A program made the translations under genes and the position numbers. The notes below the pieces were generated by a model. The model searched no databases. It saw only the letters and a program-made list of their open reading frames with translations, and was not told the DNA's origin. Of a DNA stretch of 64,000 nucleotides, positions 21,412 through 36,039 are shown piece by piece. The stretch is from the NCBI RefSeq assembly GCF_009914755.1, contig NC_060934.1; one strand, 5' to 3'. Source of the stretch: the human T2T-CHM13v2.0 reference genome, Homo sapiens. How positions within the stretch are numbered: position 1 is the first letter of the stretch; each line of letters starts with the position of its first letter.

Positions 21412-22886
21412 CTAATTAGGCAGGACTTTCCACACAGACTAACGATTGAGATGTTGAGGGTCAGACGGGGGATGCACGGATCTGCGCTGTGTCGCCTGGG
21501 CCAAAGGCATGCCACATACAATGGTGCTCACGTGTGACAGGGAAGCATCATTTGCTCTGTCTTTGAGAACTAAGGGACAATGAGACCCCTGCTCACATCT
21601 CCACAGGATGCCAGGGACCTCAGTGAGCTGCTGCCGCTGATACTTGGGGCCTGGTGTGACTGTCCTTCCTAAGTGCAACCTCTGTCCCTATAACCCAGTG
21701 CATTGAGCCTCCCCAGGAGGGGAGCTGAGGAGCTGGGGTACCGCCCGAGGGATTTGTCAGGGCCTGGGAGCTCTGGAGGTGTCTTCTCCCTGGCTCACTC
21801 GAAGCTCTGGAAGGCTGGGTTTGGTTTGTGAACTTTTCTGATCCCGCCTGTTTTCCAAGAAGAAAACACTATTCTTCAAAAGGAACAGAGTACACTCGTG
21901 GCCCGGTTAGGATTTTAACACTCCTAGCCAAGGTCTTGAGGGTCAGTGAATTGTTGGAGTTGCAAACCTTGGCCTTGCCGCCTTCTCCGGGCTTCTGGGG
22001 AAAGAGGGACAGGCGCCATGTGGCAGCACTCTGGAGCCAGAAGCATCGCAAATCACGCTGTCTTCTGTGCAAGGAGCAAAGGCTTTCTGTGGCCTTTTCC
22101 CACCCTGTTTTGCAGGAAAGGAGAAGGTAGCAACTGAGGAAAGAACGCTCTACAGACCAGTAGCCAATAGCTTGGGTGTCATTGGCAAAGACAGAGAGGG
22201 CTGGCAAAGCAAACGGACACATTTAAATTTGCAAGCCAGGGTCTCTCTCTGTGGGTCTCTATCCCTCTTTCCCTCTGCCCCCACCCCTGCCCACCCCCTG
22301 TGTCTTGCCTTCTCCAGTATGTGGGTGGCTGTGAGAACACCTAGTTCCAGAGCCAGCACTGGCCTTGGGCAATCATGTCCTCTCTGAACCTAAGTTTTCT
22401 CTACTTGATGAAAATCGTAGTGCACAACCCACAGAGCTGTCATGGAGATCAGATGAGTCAGGCAACATGAAAGGGTCTTGCAGAGAGCCGCACACAGGTG
22501 GCACTCGGTAGAACCAGTAATTTTGATCCTAAAGTCTTTGAGTGGAAGTGGCTCTAGGGTGCTTAGCATATTGGTCCCTTGAGGTCACTGCTCAGCCAGG
22601 AGGTTTACTTGCTCATGGACTGGTGTGATGAGGCTTTGGCATGACTGCAAGCTCCCAGAGGGCTTCCCCAGAGGCTGGAATGACGCCAGTGCTCCACAAA
22701 TGCTGTTGCAGGAAGGCAGGCAGGCAGGCAGGCAGGCATGAACACATGAATGAATGAATGAACTGGCTTGAATAACAAAGGACATTTGCAGAGCACTGTT
22801 AGCCTGTGCCAGGTGCCACCTGCACGGTGTCCCTGATTCTCACAGGACTGTCTCTGTGTATCTGGAAGGCTGTTCCCCTTTTCCTC

Positions 22887-22950
22887 CCTTTCTTCCCTCC
22901 CCTTAACTCCTCCTTTCTTCCCTCCCCTTAACTCCTCCTTTCTTCCCCCT
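22887..22950. repeat. Polypyrimidine ~25-bp tandem repeat (about 2.5 copies)
   Basis: CTTTCTTCCCTCCCCTTAACTCCTC repeated. Confidence 0.85.
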
Positions 22951-24840
22951 CCTCCCTCTTTAGCCCCACTCTCCCTAGGTTCCCACCTGATGAACTCTTA
23001 CTCATCCTTCAAAGCCCATTTCAGAGCTCACTTCCTCTGGAAGTTTGCCTGCTTCCTTGGATAGAGATAGGTGTTTCCTGTCTGGGGCTTCCCAGCCTCC
23101 CTATAGCACCATTCCCCTCAAGCCTGGAAACTTCTGGGTAGAGATTTGGTCTTGCCCGTCTCTGTATTTGGAGTGCCTTGTCCAGGGCCTGTCATCTCAA
23201 AGGTGTGTCCTATGTGTTGGTGAATGGCAGAATGTCACAGAGTATCTGGCTTCCTTAAGCAGGTTGCTACCATTTTATACTTGAACCCACACCTGGGATT
23301 CATGAAAGCTTTCCCAAAGCCCTGAAACTGCAAATAAGAAACATGGCAGATGGCTCTGCTCTGTTGTTAGTTTCCAGGGGCTTCTAGAGGATTGGCAGCC
23401 CTCGGGACCCCACATCAGCACCAGAAGACAATGGAGCAACATACTGAGAAACTGCCAAGAAGAAAATCGAAGAAAGGAACGCAAATCTCTTTAACCAGAG
23501 ACCCAGCACACAGAATGTGCCACTAAAGGGGGTTTATCTTCCAGAAATAATATGAAAATCACCAAGGCAAAGCACCAGGCTTTGCAAAATTGTTGTTGCC
23601 AGTGGTGCCTCGCTGGCAGCTGGGTTGCAGGCCGGGAGTAGAATGCCACCCTCTCTAAGGAGCTCTTCTCCACCTTTGCTATCAGGAATGTCTGTGCTGT
23701 CACCAAACATTGGTTGGCTCTGAAGACAGAAAATGAAGAGAGGTTTCTCCCTTCCAAAGAACCAGTGCCTGGGGAGGAGACCCAGGGGAGCTCTCCAGGC
23801 TCTAAGATGTCTGCTGGAAGCATCTTGCTCCTGGAGGGGTACACTATTTCTTGGGAGGGCAAAGGCTTCTCAGGGACCATGACATCTGAGTGAAATTTGG
23901 AAGCATTGACAGGGCTTCACTGGGTGACAAGGAAGAAGAGCACAAGCAGAGGTCAAGTGTCTACTGGTCGCTAGCAAAGTCAGCCCCAGTGGCTCTGTTG
24001 GCACTGAAGTCTTTCTTGCTTGTGTTGCTCTCCCCTTCCAGAGTCGTCAGTGGCTCCCCAGTTCAGTACTACCATGCTTAGGACAAGCTCCTCGTGCAGG
24101 TATTCAAGGCCATCCGCAGTACCATCATCTCCCTGCATCCTCTGCCATCTCTTCCCTCCTCCAACCCCGTATGTTTGCCTCTGGTCTGAAAACTCTCCTT
24201 CTCCCTCTCAGCTTCCTGTTTGATCTCCGCCACGAGAATGTGAGTTCCGTCATGGCCAACATGGCAGTCCCCTCAGCATCCAGCACAGCGGGTGCTCTAG
24301 AAGCTTGGATTCCTTGGCGACATCTCTCCAGCTGGGACGAGGGCTGCTCAGGGGTGAGGGCAGTGATTTCCTTTTGCTGGGGGAGCAGTGGGCACCAAGG
24401 CGTAGCCAGGACTCCCTTCCTGAATGGGAGGAGTGAGCTAGTAGCTCTCTGATTGCTGTTTGCTCTTACTCATGGGGACACCTCCAGAGAGGGACTCCCG
24501 CCTCAGAGCCCCCCACAGCTGTGTTCTAAAGGAGATTTCCAGATGGACTCTTATGCAAGCACATAAACCCAAACTCCTTCCTCCTTCACTCATTCATTCA
24601 TGCTCCAAACACACCTGGAGCATTTGTTGGGGTAAAAAAGGGCAGTCACAGACTCTGTTCTGGGGGGCTTCCAGCCAGAGGGCTCAGAGCTGGCCACAGG
24701 TAGAGCGAGCCTGAGAGCTGGCCCAGGGGAGGGAGGGAGCTTGGCTCAGGCAGGAAGGTGGTCAGGAAAGAATGCAGCTACAGCAGCATTGGCGTCGAGT
24801 CTGGGGAAATGGCTGAAATCAGACAGGTGGCAAAAGTGCA

Positions 24841-25152
24841 CATGTGCATGTGAGCATCATGTGTTTTTATTATATGTGTGTGTGTATAGTGTACATGGAT
24901 GAATGTATATGTGTGTTTACATGTGAGCGTGTACGTGTATATGTGTATGAGCATGTATGTTGTTTGTATATGTGTGTGTATTGTGCATATGTGTCAGTGT
25001 TTATAGGCACACGTGTGGGTTTACATGTATATACATACATGAACATATGTGTTTATGTGTGTGCACAATCATGCGTGTGTTGTGTGCACCCACGCATACA
25101 CATATGTGTTTGTATGTATACATGTGTACGTGTGTATGTGCGAGTGTGCATA
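24841..25152. repeat. Degenerate (TG/TA/CA)n alternating purine-pyrimidine tract
   Basis: ~310 bp of GTGT/ATAT/ACAC. Confidence 0.9.
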
Positions 25153-25789
25153 GGATGAGAATGGAGAACAGCTGGTCATCATTTTGGGTTTCCCGGGAGA
25201 ACGGTGTTAGGTAACAGGGTTAGGTTTGGGAGCAGATGGAGGGACATAGTTGAGTTCATTTGTCCTTGGGGACCACCTGAGGAATCACGACTAAATCTGT
25301 GGGCCCTGGGGAGTCACTGAAGGCTCTGAGCAAGGGAATGACACGGCCAGAGCATGTCCAGTGCCTCCACCCTGTCCCATCCTGCTGACCAGGAACGGCA
25401 CAGACAGGTGCATTTCAGAAGACGAGGGCAAGAGCAAGAGAACTGGTAACCAGGGTCCAACTTAGGAGGAACTTTGACCAAGAAGTTTGAAACAAAGAAG
25501 GAAGGTTTGCCCCTAAACTCTTGACTTATTCCTCCTGCTCTTTCCATTCCCACGATTTCTTACTAAACGACTGGAGACACCAGACAATGCCCTCACTGTT
25601 GTGTGGCTGCCTGGGAGCGTTCCCGCAGCATCAGAGTCTCTGTGCTCAGGTGACCCTTGTGCTGGGGGTAGGATGCCCCCCCACGTAGGCCTTAAACATC
25701 TGGATCACGCTGGGGAACCTGCCACAGGGATCTTTAAAAAAAATAAAGTAAGGGTCTGGATTTTGAACAAACTCTTTTTGTGGGAATAA

Positions 25790-26135
25790 TTTTTTTGTTC
25801 CCAAGTATTTGTGGGTTCAACTTTGCACACAATTAATTGTACTTACAAATGCCTCCTTGAGGGCATAATTAGTCACCAGCAACTCATTCTAAAGGCGCCA
25901 GAGGCTAATTGTACCCCCAAGTGAGAAGTTTCAGGTGTAATTAATTATTCTTTGATTATTAAATTTATTATTCATTGGTTGGATGCACAAAGTTGTGCTC
26001 AGATGAACTTGCTGGCACAAGGAAGGCTGGAATGAAGAGGTCCACCCCACCCCCTGAGCAAACCTCCGCCAAAGGGCTGTGAAAAGAAAGAAAGGGACTG
26101 CTGGCTGCCTAGCTCAGCGTGGGAAATTCCTCAAG
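25790..26135. promoter_or_regulatory. Candidate homeodomain/TCF/CSL enhancer
   Basis: ACAATTAATTGT, TAATTA, CTAATTG, TAATTAATTA, CTTTGAT, CGTGGGAAATTCC. Confidence 0.4.
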
Positions 26136-27978
26136 TGACAGTAACGAGCCAGAGGAATTGGCCAGACATTGGGAGGGCGGCCCAGAAAACCTGTGGCCGG
26201 CCCAGAAAGCCTGTGGCCCTGGGCCCCTGGGTCAGGCATAGGGAAAGGGCTGGAGCTTGAAGTCAGCCAAGTCTTCAGCTGGGTGACCTGGGCAGAGCAC
26301 GTCCCTCTCTGCGCCTCACCTGTAGAATGGAACGCAGTGCTGGCCCATCTCCCTTGCTGTGCAGATGGAAGGAGGTTGTGTCTGAATCTACTTAGCATGG
26401 ACTCAGGCCCCATGGAATGGGTTTCCAGTAGGCATCAGCCTCCTTGAGAGGCAGAATCATGAGGTGACCACCAAAAAGTACTCAAGAACCTGACTTACCA
26501 GTTTTGAAATCCAGAGATACACATCAGCTCTGTAACCTTGGACAGGCTCCCTGGGCCTCAGTTTCCTCATCTGAAAAATGGGAATTCATCATAGCACAAA
26601 AGCAAAATACTTTATGGGGTTGTGAAGATTGAATGGGCTAGCATATATAAAGCATTTAGGACCATGCCTGCCACAGTAAACATTATGAAGCATTTGCTAT
26701 TCTGTCTTTTGTACCTTTCATGATCACAAACCTGTTTTCAACAGGAAAACCACTGCACAAATGGTAACCCATTGACTTTGTGTAAAATGCTCTGTATTTA
26801 CGCTGATGCCTGACTCTCAGAGAGTATCTGTCTTTTGTAGCCAAGACAGGAGGAGCTGCATTAAAATGTCCAAAGTGGTTATTTACAGCTGCATGATGAA
26901 ATTATGGATGGTCATTTTCTTCTTGATCCTTTCCAGTATTTTTCATTTTTTAAAGTTTTTCTTAGTTTTTATTTTTAAAATATGCTTTGTTATAACGACG
27001 ACAAGAGAATAATGTGTACGCTTCCAGTTGGTTATGTGTATCCTTCTGCAAACTGATCTACGTGTCTAGCCCCTAGCTGTCCTTCAAGGCCAGGATCACG
27101 CCTTTCACAAGTCTTGTCCTAGCACTTCCCACCCTGCCCTCCATGCCCACCTTCCAGTCATCAGCGGCTTTCTCTCCCCTGCCTACCTGGGCTTTCTCTG
27201 GCCACCCGAATGGCGCATGCGCACACTCTCTGCCTCCTGGTTTATCCCGGCCTGACCCTCATTCCCTATGAAATTGAACTGTCCCAGGCCAGGGTCTCCT
27301 TGTGCTCCATACCAGGTCCCCCTGGGGCCCCACCAGGATCTCAGCCCATGACTCCCTGCACCTCAGAGCTAGGAAGGTCCTTCGTTTGATCTGACGTTTT
27401 ATTAGGACAAAAATTCAGAGCAGCACAGAGAATACACCCATACACCCAACACAGTAGCATCACATACTTGCCTTGGGTCTATTTTTTGGAAATAAAACAT
27501 TGCAGATCCAGGTGAAGTCTCCTTTGTACCCCTCCCCAGAGGTGGCCACTGACACAAATTCGGTGTGTATATTTCCCATTTCATTTTAATAATTTTACTA
27601 CATATGTTTGAATCTGTAAACAGTTTACAGTGTTTCGTGTGCTTTGAAAATGTACACAGATGCTATCATCCTGCAACACGATTTTCCCTTCAACTGTCTG
27701 TCTCTGAGACCTGCCCACAGCGATGCCCGCGGATCCAGGTCTGCAGATGGATGAAGTGGCTGAGACCCTGGGTGCCGCGCTGTCCAATAACAGCCTCTAC
27801 ATTCCATCAGGAAGCTCTGGCTACAAGCAACGGAAGCTGACACCAGCTAACTGAAGCTGGATATGAGAACCAGGTTTAGGAACAGACAGGAAGAGGGCAG
27901 TCCCGGGAATCTGGATGGCAAGAACTAACTCACCACCTTGTCATAAAGCTACCAGAATGGAGGCCCTCTGACTGGTGC

Positions 27979-28270
27979 TTTTTTTTTTGAGACAGAGTCT
28001 CGCTCTGTTGCCGAAGCTGGAGCGCAGTGGCATGATCTCGGCTTGCTGCAACCTCCACTTCCTGGTTCAAGCGATTCTCCTGTCTCAGACTCCCAAGTAG
28101 CTGGAAAATTACAGGCGCCTGCCACCACGCCCGGCTAATTTTTGTATTTTCAGTACAGATGGGGGTTTCACCATGTTGGCCAGGCTGGTCTCGAACTCCC
28201 GACCTTGTGATCCACCCGCCTCGGTCTCCCAAAATGCTGGGATTACAGGCGTTAGTCACCAAGCCTGGCC
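27979..28270 (-). mobile_element. AluSg-like inside an old MLT1-type LTR
   Basis: Reverse dimer; TSD TGGTGCTTTT. Confidence 0.93.
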
Positions 28271-28699
28271 GAGTGGTGCTTTTCGTCCTTTTGCCACTTC
28301 ACTCAAGATTCAAGTTCAAAAAACTTTGCTCAAACTGGCTCAAGCAAAGACAGAATATATGGCTCACATAACTTCAAAACAAAACAAAACAAAACAAAAC
28401 CCCAGTGTCCAACATCCAGGGCTAACTTCAGGACTCAAATGACATCACCAGGACCCGGTCTCTCCCTGTTTCTCACTGTGCTTCCCCCGTGGCCCCTCGC
28501 TGTCCTCTCCCTTGTGCTAGCATGATGGCGCCTGCAGTTCCAGCCCTCCGTGCTCGCAGCTTTCCTAAAGACGAGGGCCAGCTTCCATCCCAGCCTTCCC
28601 GGGAAAGGACTCACTGCGTCTCATCGGCCCTGATTAGGTCAGGTATTCATTTCTGAACCAGTTACTGTGGCCAGGTGAATGCAGTAGTCTCATTGGCTA

Positions 28700-29663
<964 letters not shown>

Positions 29664-31844
29664 TAAAAACAAAAAACGTTGGTGCCAGTTCGCACGGCTT
29701 GCCTGCACCCCCAATGACGGAGGAGGTTGGGCTGTGAGGTGCCCAGCATGCTCCCTTCCATCTTCCTGCCCATCCATTACAGTCAGATGATTAACTTCAA
29801 CCACATACTACATTTTCCCGGGATTATCCCCTCAAATGAATTATATGATTAATAAAGTTTCAATATTTTTCACTTAGCAATTAATCTTAGTGAGCACAAA
29901 ACTTAATTTAAAGTGCTGGTGCAGTGGCTGGAACCCATTAATCAGAGTGTTGAAGGAGCCAGCTGGGTGCAGAATGAACCCGGGCGGTGAAATACGGGCA
30001 CTTCTCAAAAACCGGGAGATCCTCTCCAGTGTGAGCACGTGTCACATTTGAGGCGCGGCGTCACCAGATAGCAGAGCTGGCCTGGCTGGCAGGGCCTTTC
30101 ATTTTAGATTCTGTGTGGGGAAAACCTCCAGACTGGGTTTAGCATTCATGAGCAGTATTCACCGGAGGAAAGAGATGATCGAAAAAATAGTTCATAAACC
30201 CCAACCAGTCATTATTAGAGTGGCAAAAACACAATACTTATGCACAGAATAGTTTACATTAAATTAAAAACCATAACTTATCTCTGAGACACTCCATTTA
30301 GTACATCTGAGGTTAAATATGGTTCATAGCAGCTCTTTCAATTAAATTGTTCTTCCTTTGCTCTAGTCAACTATATTAAACATAATTTCCTGAAAAGTAA
30401 CAGAGAATCATTACTCTGTTTACAAATTGATACCATGTTATTGAAAATAGGAAAAATTTGCAGGGTTACTTCAGATTACTGTATTTTTACAGAGAATCTG
30501 ATATTGGCAAGGAGGATACCGTGAAAGCCCAGGTTTCTGGCTTTCCAGTCAAGGATGGGGTAGGACTTGGGTGGGGGAGGACAGAGGGGTATGGAAGCAT
30601 CAGAGCCAGTGGGTGGGACCTGATAGGAAATCCCAAGGCTGGTCCTGGGAAACCAGGAAAGAGGTTTCCTAGAGTCCTGTGTCCTTCCATTATGACCCCA
30701 GTGTCCTCACAGCTGGAGAGCTCCGAACAACCACACTGCAGGTGGATTTTGAGTTGTTTGTTTATGTTTGACGTTATGGTTGTCATTCTATTCATGTCAC
30801 TGACTTTATAGCCTTAGCTGGCTTTTATCTTTGCCTGTCCGATCGGACGGGCCTGTTACATTTACATGAAGCCGGGCTGTCTCTTACCTCTGCTCCCTGA
30901 GTCTCAGTCACAGTATTCCTTCAAGTTCATAAACAAAGCCCCAAAACGCCTTCTCCAGGTTTGATGCAGCTCAAGTGAAGCATGTGGTTTGCAAGACTGT
31001 CACATGGGCCTCGGGCTTGACTGTCATCCTCCAGTGATTTGGCCAACGGAGGGCTGCAAGGCAAAGCCCAGATGAAGCTTCGATCCTTTGTAGAGGCTGA
31101 GTCTCTGGGAACCAGGTGCAGCTCTAAGTCAAAGCCATCTGTCCACGGCAGTAGGATGTGATGTCAGGCCTGCCGCGGATGCATGTCGCCTGTGGGAACG
31201 GCCCAGAGACTGCGAGGAAACTACACATTTAGAGGAGGTGTGGAGTGAGCCCTCCTTTGAGTGGAGAAATAGAGCATTGCTACCCACTGCTCTGGCCATA
31301 GTGGCGTCATTTGTGTACCGTAGTGTGCAGGTCGACAGCATCTCAATTATACCAAGAACGTGCAAGAATGGTCATCGTGCATGTGGTCTCTTCAGAACCA
31401 CCCACTCCACCCCATAAAACATTGCTCTCACCCTAGAGGTGTCTTTGACTCACTAGGAACTGTGAGCAGTTGCCCATAGGCCTGGGGGCTGGAGCGCTAT
31501 TTAGAAAAAACCACTTGGTCAAGATGGTGGGGCAGTCCTTGAGTCGTGGTCACCCGAGGCCTGTCCCACCAAGCATGCAGCTCCTCCCAACTCGGCTCCA
31601 GACCCCCACTGGGACATCAGGTATATGATGTGTGCCTGGCATGAACAAGTAGATAGTGAGAAACATTGTTGTTCCACAAGTGGAAACTGCCTCCAAAAGA
31701 CAGGAGCAATTTGCCATCCAGCACTGTATCCATTTCCCCAGACTCTTGCCAATGTCTGAGATTTGGGCTAATCCAGTGAGTAAAAAAGGTATCTTACTGC
31801 TGTTTTAATTTGCTTTTTCTTGATTCCCAGTGAGGTGAAGCAAC

Positions 31845-32147
31845 CTTTTTTTTTTTTTTTTTTTTTGAGATGGAGTCTTGCTCTGTCGCCCAGGCTGGAG
31901 TGCAGTGGTGCGAACTTGGCTCATTGCAACCTCCACCTCCCTGGTTGAAGCAATTCCCCTCAGCCTCCTGAGTAGCTGGGATTACAGGCACACGCCACCC
32001 CACCGAGCTAATTTTTTTTCTATTTTTAGTAGAGACGGGGTTTCACCATATTGGCCAGACTGGTGTCGAACTCCTGACCTCAGGCAATCCGCCTGCCTCA
32101 GCCTCCCAAAATGCTGGGATTATAGGTATGAGCCACTATGCCCGGCC
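31845..32147 (-). mobile_element. AluS inserted in an old antisense L1M fragment
   Basis: Reverse dimer; TSD-like GCAAC(C)TTTT; L1M-like TTCTTTGCCCATTTTTCTATTG downstream. Confidence 0.93.
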
Positions 32148-32350
32148 GAGGCAACTTTTTATATGCTTATTGGCCATGTGTATTTCTTCGATGAATTGCC
32201 TCATATATTCTTTGCCCATTTTTCTATTGCGTTGAATTTTTATTATTAAATTGAAACATTTCTTTGTATAATCTGCTTATTAATACCTTGTCTGTCATGT
32301 ATGTTACAATTGTTTTCTCCCAGTCTCCTTCTTTTAACTTAGATTATGAT

Positions 32351-32594
32351 ATTTTTATTTTTTATTTTCTCAGAGATGAGTGTCTCACCCTGTTGCCCAG
32401 GGTGGGGTACAGTGGCACAATCACAGTTCACTGCAGCCTCAAACTTGCGAGCTGAAGCGATCCTCCTGCTTGCCTCCTAAGTGGTAGCTGGAACCACAGG
32501 TGTGTGCCACCGTGCCCAGCTAATTAAAACAATTTTTTCCTTTTGTAGAGATGGGGTCTTGCTTTGTTGTCCAGGCTGGTCTGGAACTCCTGGC
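32351..32594 (-). mobile_element. AluJ, truncated
   Basis: CACAGTTCACTGCAGCCTCAAACT J-type arm; ends after GAACTCCTGGC. Confidence 0.85.
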
Positions 32595-32969
32595 ACAGTT
32601 TCTTTTTTTTTTTTTTCTACAGAAATACTCATTTTTTTTTTTTCTCCAGAGAAATACTCATGCATGCTTAAGAAGCCAAGACAAGGATGCCCATTGCAGC
32701 ATTGTTTTTAATGTGAGACTCTGGAGAAACCCGTATGTTCATCAATAAGGGACTGGTTAAACAAATTAACAACACATCCATACTGAGGATTGGGCCACTA
32801 AACTGTAGAAAAAAGACAAATGAGGCCAATATGTACACAGTGATTTGGAACATTCTGCAAAGCAAGTTGCAAAAGATACATAGAGTATGATACTGTTTAA
32901 ATTAATAAAAGCCCAGCAGATAAAAAAACTCAACTACATATTTCTTTAAATGATATTTTTATATGCTTG

Positions 32970-33285
32970 TTATTTATATTTATATTTATTTGTTTATTTT
33001 TTGAGATGGTGTCTCACTCTGTCGCCCAGGCTGGAGTGCAGTGGCACAATCACAGCTCACTGCAGCCTTGACCTCCCGGGTTCAGGCGATTCTCTTGCCT
33101 CAGTTTCCTGAGTAGCTGGGACTACAGGTGTGCATCACCACATTGAGCTAATTTTTAAAATATTTTATAGAGATGGGGTCTCCCTACATTGCCCAGGCTG
33201 GTCTTGAACTCCTGGACTCAAGTGATCCTCCTGCCTTGACCTCCTAAAGGGCTGGGATTACAGGCGTGAGCCACTGTGCCCAGCC
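32970..33285 (-). mobile_element. AluJ within an L1ME-like fragment
   Basis: CACAGCTCACTGCAGCCTTGACCTCC; CTCAAGTGATCCTCC. Confidence 0.92.
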
Positions 33286-35873
33286 GATAGTTTTATATGC
33301 TTCTACTGATAAGTTCATAGAAACAGATCTGGAAAGATCCACACTGTACAAATGCCAGGAGTTACTTTGGAAAGGAGTCTGGAATTGGAAGTGAGGTTCT
33401 GAGGGGACTTGAGTTGTATTATTTGTATTATTTTAACCTGTATTATTTGAATAGTTCATAATGAGACCATATTCCTATTTTATATGGTAATTGATGCAGA
33501 AAAACTGCCTTGTAACATAGGCCCCAGCAGATCCTGTGAGGTCGCCAGAAGGCCGGGCACACCTGGACCCACCTGTTTCATCTGCGCTGAATCCACAGAG
33601 ATAGTCCAGAGGAAGAGAGGAGGAGGAAAGAGAGTGGAATCTATCGAGCATCTCCTACGAGTCAAACCCCATGCTAGGGCATTCAACTCGGAATTATCAG
33701 AGCTGAGTGCAAGTGCTGACCTTGTTATTACCTGTGTGACCTTGGGCGAGACAGTTAGCCATTCAGCTATTTGGGCCTCCAGTTCTTCATCTGTAACATG
33801 GGGATGACATCACTTGCATTGTCTGATTTGTGCCAGACAGAATTCAAGGTGCTAACCGAACAGCTTCAAGGACCCACAGATCCAAGTAAGAGAATGTGAA
33901 ACGGCGAAACAATTTGAGGGCCTAGGATTGCTTTCTGACCATGTGGGTCACAGGGTAGGTGTTTAAGAGATAATCCTTGAAGGTACCTGTGAGATGGTGT
34001 CAGCTCTTCTCAGCGCAGGGCTGAGCCTTGATGAGTGCCTGGAGGCTTCTTAGGGTTTTGCTGTTCTCAGTCTGTGCCTTTGAACCTTTGATGTAAAAGA
34101 GGCCTTCAAACAACAGAAATAAAGTGGGTGTTGACGCTGGCATGGCATTTACAGAGTTAAATCCACAAAGGGAAGTAAGGAAGATTCCAGATGGAGAAGA
34201 CCCTCCAGGGGAAAAATTAAGATGAGAAGAGCCATCCATTAGGGGCCATGTCTTCCCTTTCTGAGACCATCTCTAATGCGATTCATCAGTGTCAAGGCCA
34301 GCAAGAAAGACCTGCAAGGATCAATTCCTCTGTGCAAGATAAAGAGTTTAAAATAATTGTATATATGTAAAGTATTTGCCTTCTCATAATTGAAGAGAAC
34401 AGAGAGAGAGTCAAGAATATTTCAGGGAGAATGTCTTCGCTTCATGTCTAGAGTCTGCAGCATCATGCAGATTGGTTAGTAGCTGGCAAAGAGCCAAGAA
34501 GCTTAATCAATCTCCAAAGTTTATTATGAGTAACCCCCAAAGCTAATGGATCATTCTTAGCAAGAACATCATCCTGGTTATTTCCTCATTTTTATAAATT
34601 GATCTATAACGTTAAATCTGGGTCCTTGAGAGGGCTGCTAGGGGCATTAATAATCAGTGAATCCAGCAGAATTCTTTTGTTTCCAAAAAGATCAAATGAA
34701 ACTGTTCTTGTTTAAGTTGGGATAGGATCCTACCTGCTCAGACCGCACTCCCTGACCCCTACAGTGGCCCTGCAGTGGCCCCACAGGGACCTCCTACGAA
34801 CCTTAGGGCTCTAAAGAGCACAGTTTGAAGCACTGATCTCACCAAAGTCCCCCATTTTGCAGATGAGGAGGCTGAGGCCCTGAGACAGGAGGTGACTTGA
34901 GCAAGGTCATGCTCAAAGTGCATGTGGCAGACATGATTGGATGCTACTCAGCAGCCATTGCCCAACTCCCTTTGTCTTGCTTGAAGAGCTCATCTCACAT
35001 TATACGGGCTAAAAATGCTGGCTGCTCACCTTTCTGTCCTCTCTTCCAGCTGCAGCATGGGCACTGACTCAATCCTGCCCAATTCTGGAAAGGGTCTACT
35101 TCCCTGGCAAAAAGAAGCCAGCAAGGAGAAACTGTCTTTCTTTTTGACTTTCAATGTGTTTGTGGCGAGTATGTGATGACTGGAGCTGCAGCAGCTATCT
35201 TACAGCCATGAGAGCAAAATTTGAAGTTGACTGCTAATTAGCTGGTGTGTAGCCAGGAGACAGGAACCACTCTAGGTGTTTAAAACAGAGGAAATTAATG
35301 CAGTGATTGCTTACATAGATGATGGAAGACTGATAAGCCAAAGGGGAATGCCAAAGCACCTCCCCTGCCCCAAGAGGTCAGCAATTACAGATACTGTTAA
35401 CACTCCTAGGGCTGGAGGGACAGAGGAGGAAGGAGTAAGCACCCAGAAGCTGGAGCTGGGATCTGAAGTTACAGCCGAGAGCCTCTTGGAAGGAGCTGGG
35501 AGCATCAGGGTGGTGTCTGATGGGAGCTTGAGCTACGTACAGCAGAGGTTCAATCACTGCCAGAGATGCTGCAGGAAGCACAGAGGGAGGCAGAGACATG
35601 CCCGACTCACTCCATCTGCCCTTCAATCCTCCATCAGTGCCTCCCATTGGCTGAACTCCCTAGAATCCTGGGAACTGCAGTTCTCTGAAACAAGGCAGAG
35701 CAGAGAATGGAGCTGAGAGCAAATGGGCAGTTGACCCTACCCATCACACTAAGGATGGCATGGCAGAAAGACAGAGGGCCCTGTGGCTTTAGTGATGATA
35801 TTGTTAAAACATGGACAAGTCCATATCTCACCCGTTGCTGGATATCTCCTTCTGGGGATGGGAAAAATCTGAA

Positions 35874-36032
35874 GGCTGGATGTGGTGGCTCATACCTATA
35901 ATTCCAGCGCTTTGGGAGGCTGATGTGTGAGGATCACTTGAGCCCAGGAGTTTGAGGTTGCGGTGAGCTATGATCACACCACTGCATTACGGATGGGGCA
36001 ACAGAGTGCAACCCTGTCTCAAAAAAAAAAAA
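35874..36032 (+). mobile_element. FAM/FRAM-type Alu monomer
   Basis: Single monomer with A-tail; TSD AAAAATCTGAA. Confidence 0.88.
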
Positions 36033-36039
36033 TCTGAAT

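Noticed and set aside
22488-22830. CTCF-like AGGTGGCAC matches (~22495 and ~22815)
   Set aside because: Mismatches in the 5' CC core; too weak without ChIP data
24844-25214. Cys/Val/Tyr-rich ORFs
   Set aside because: Translation of a (TG/TA)n low-complexity tract
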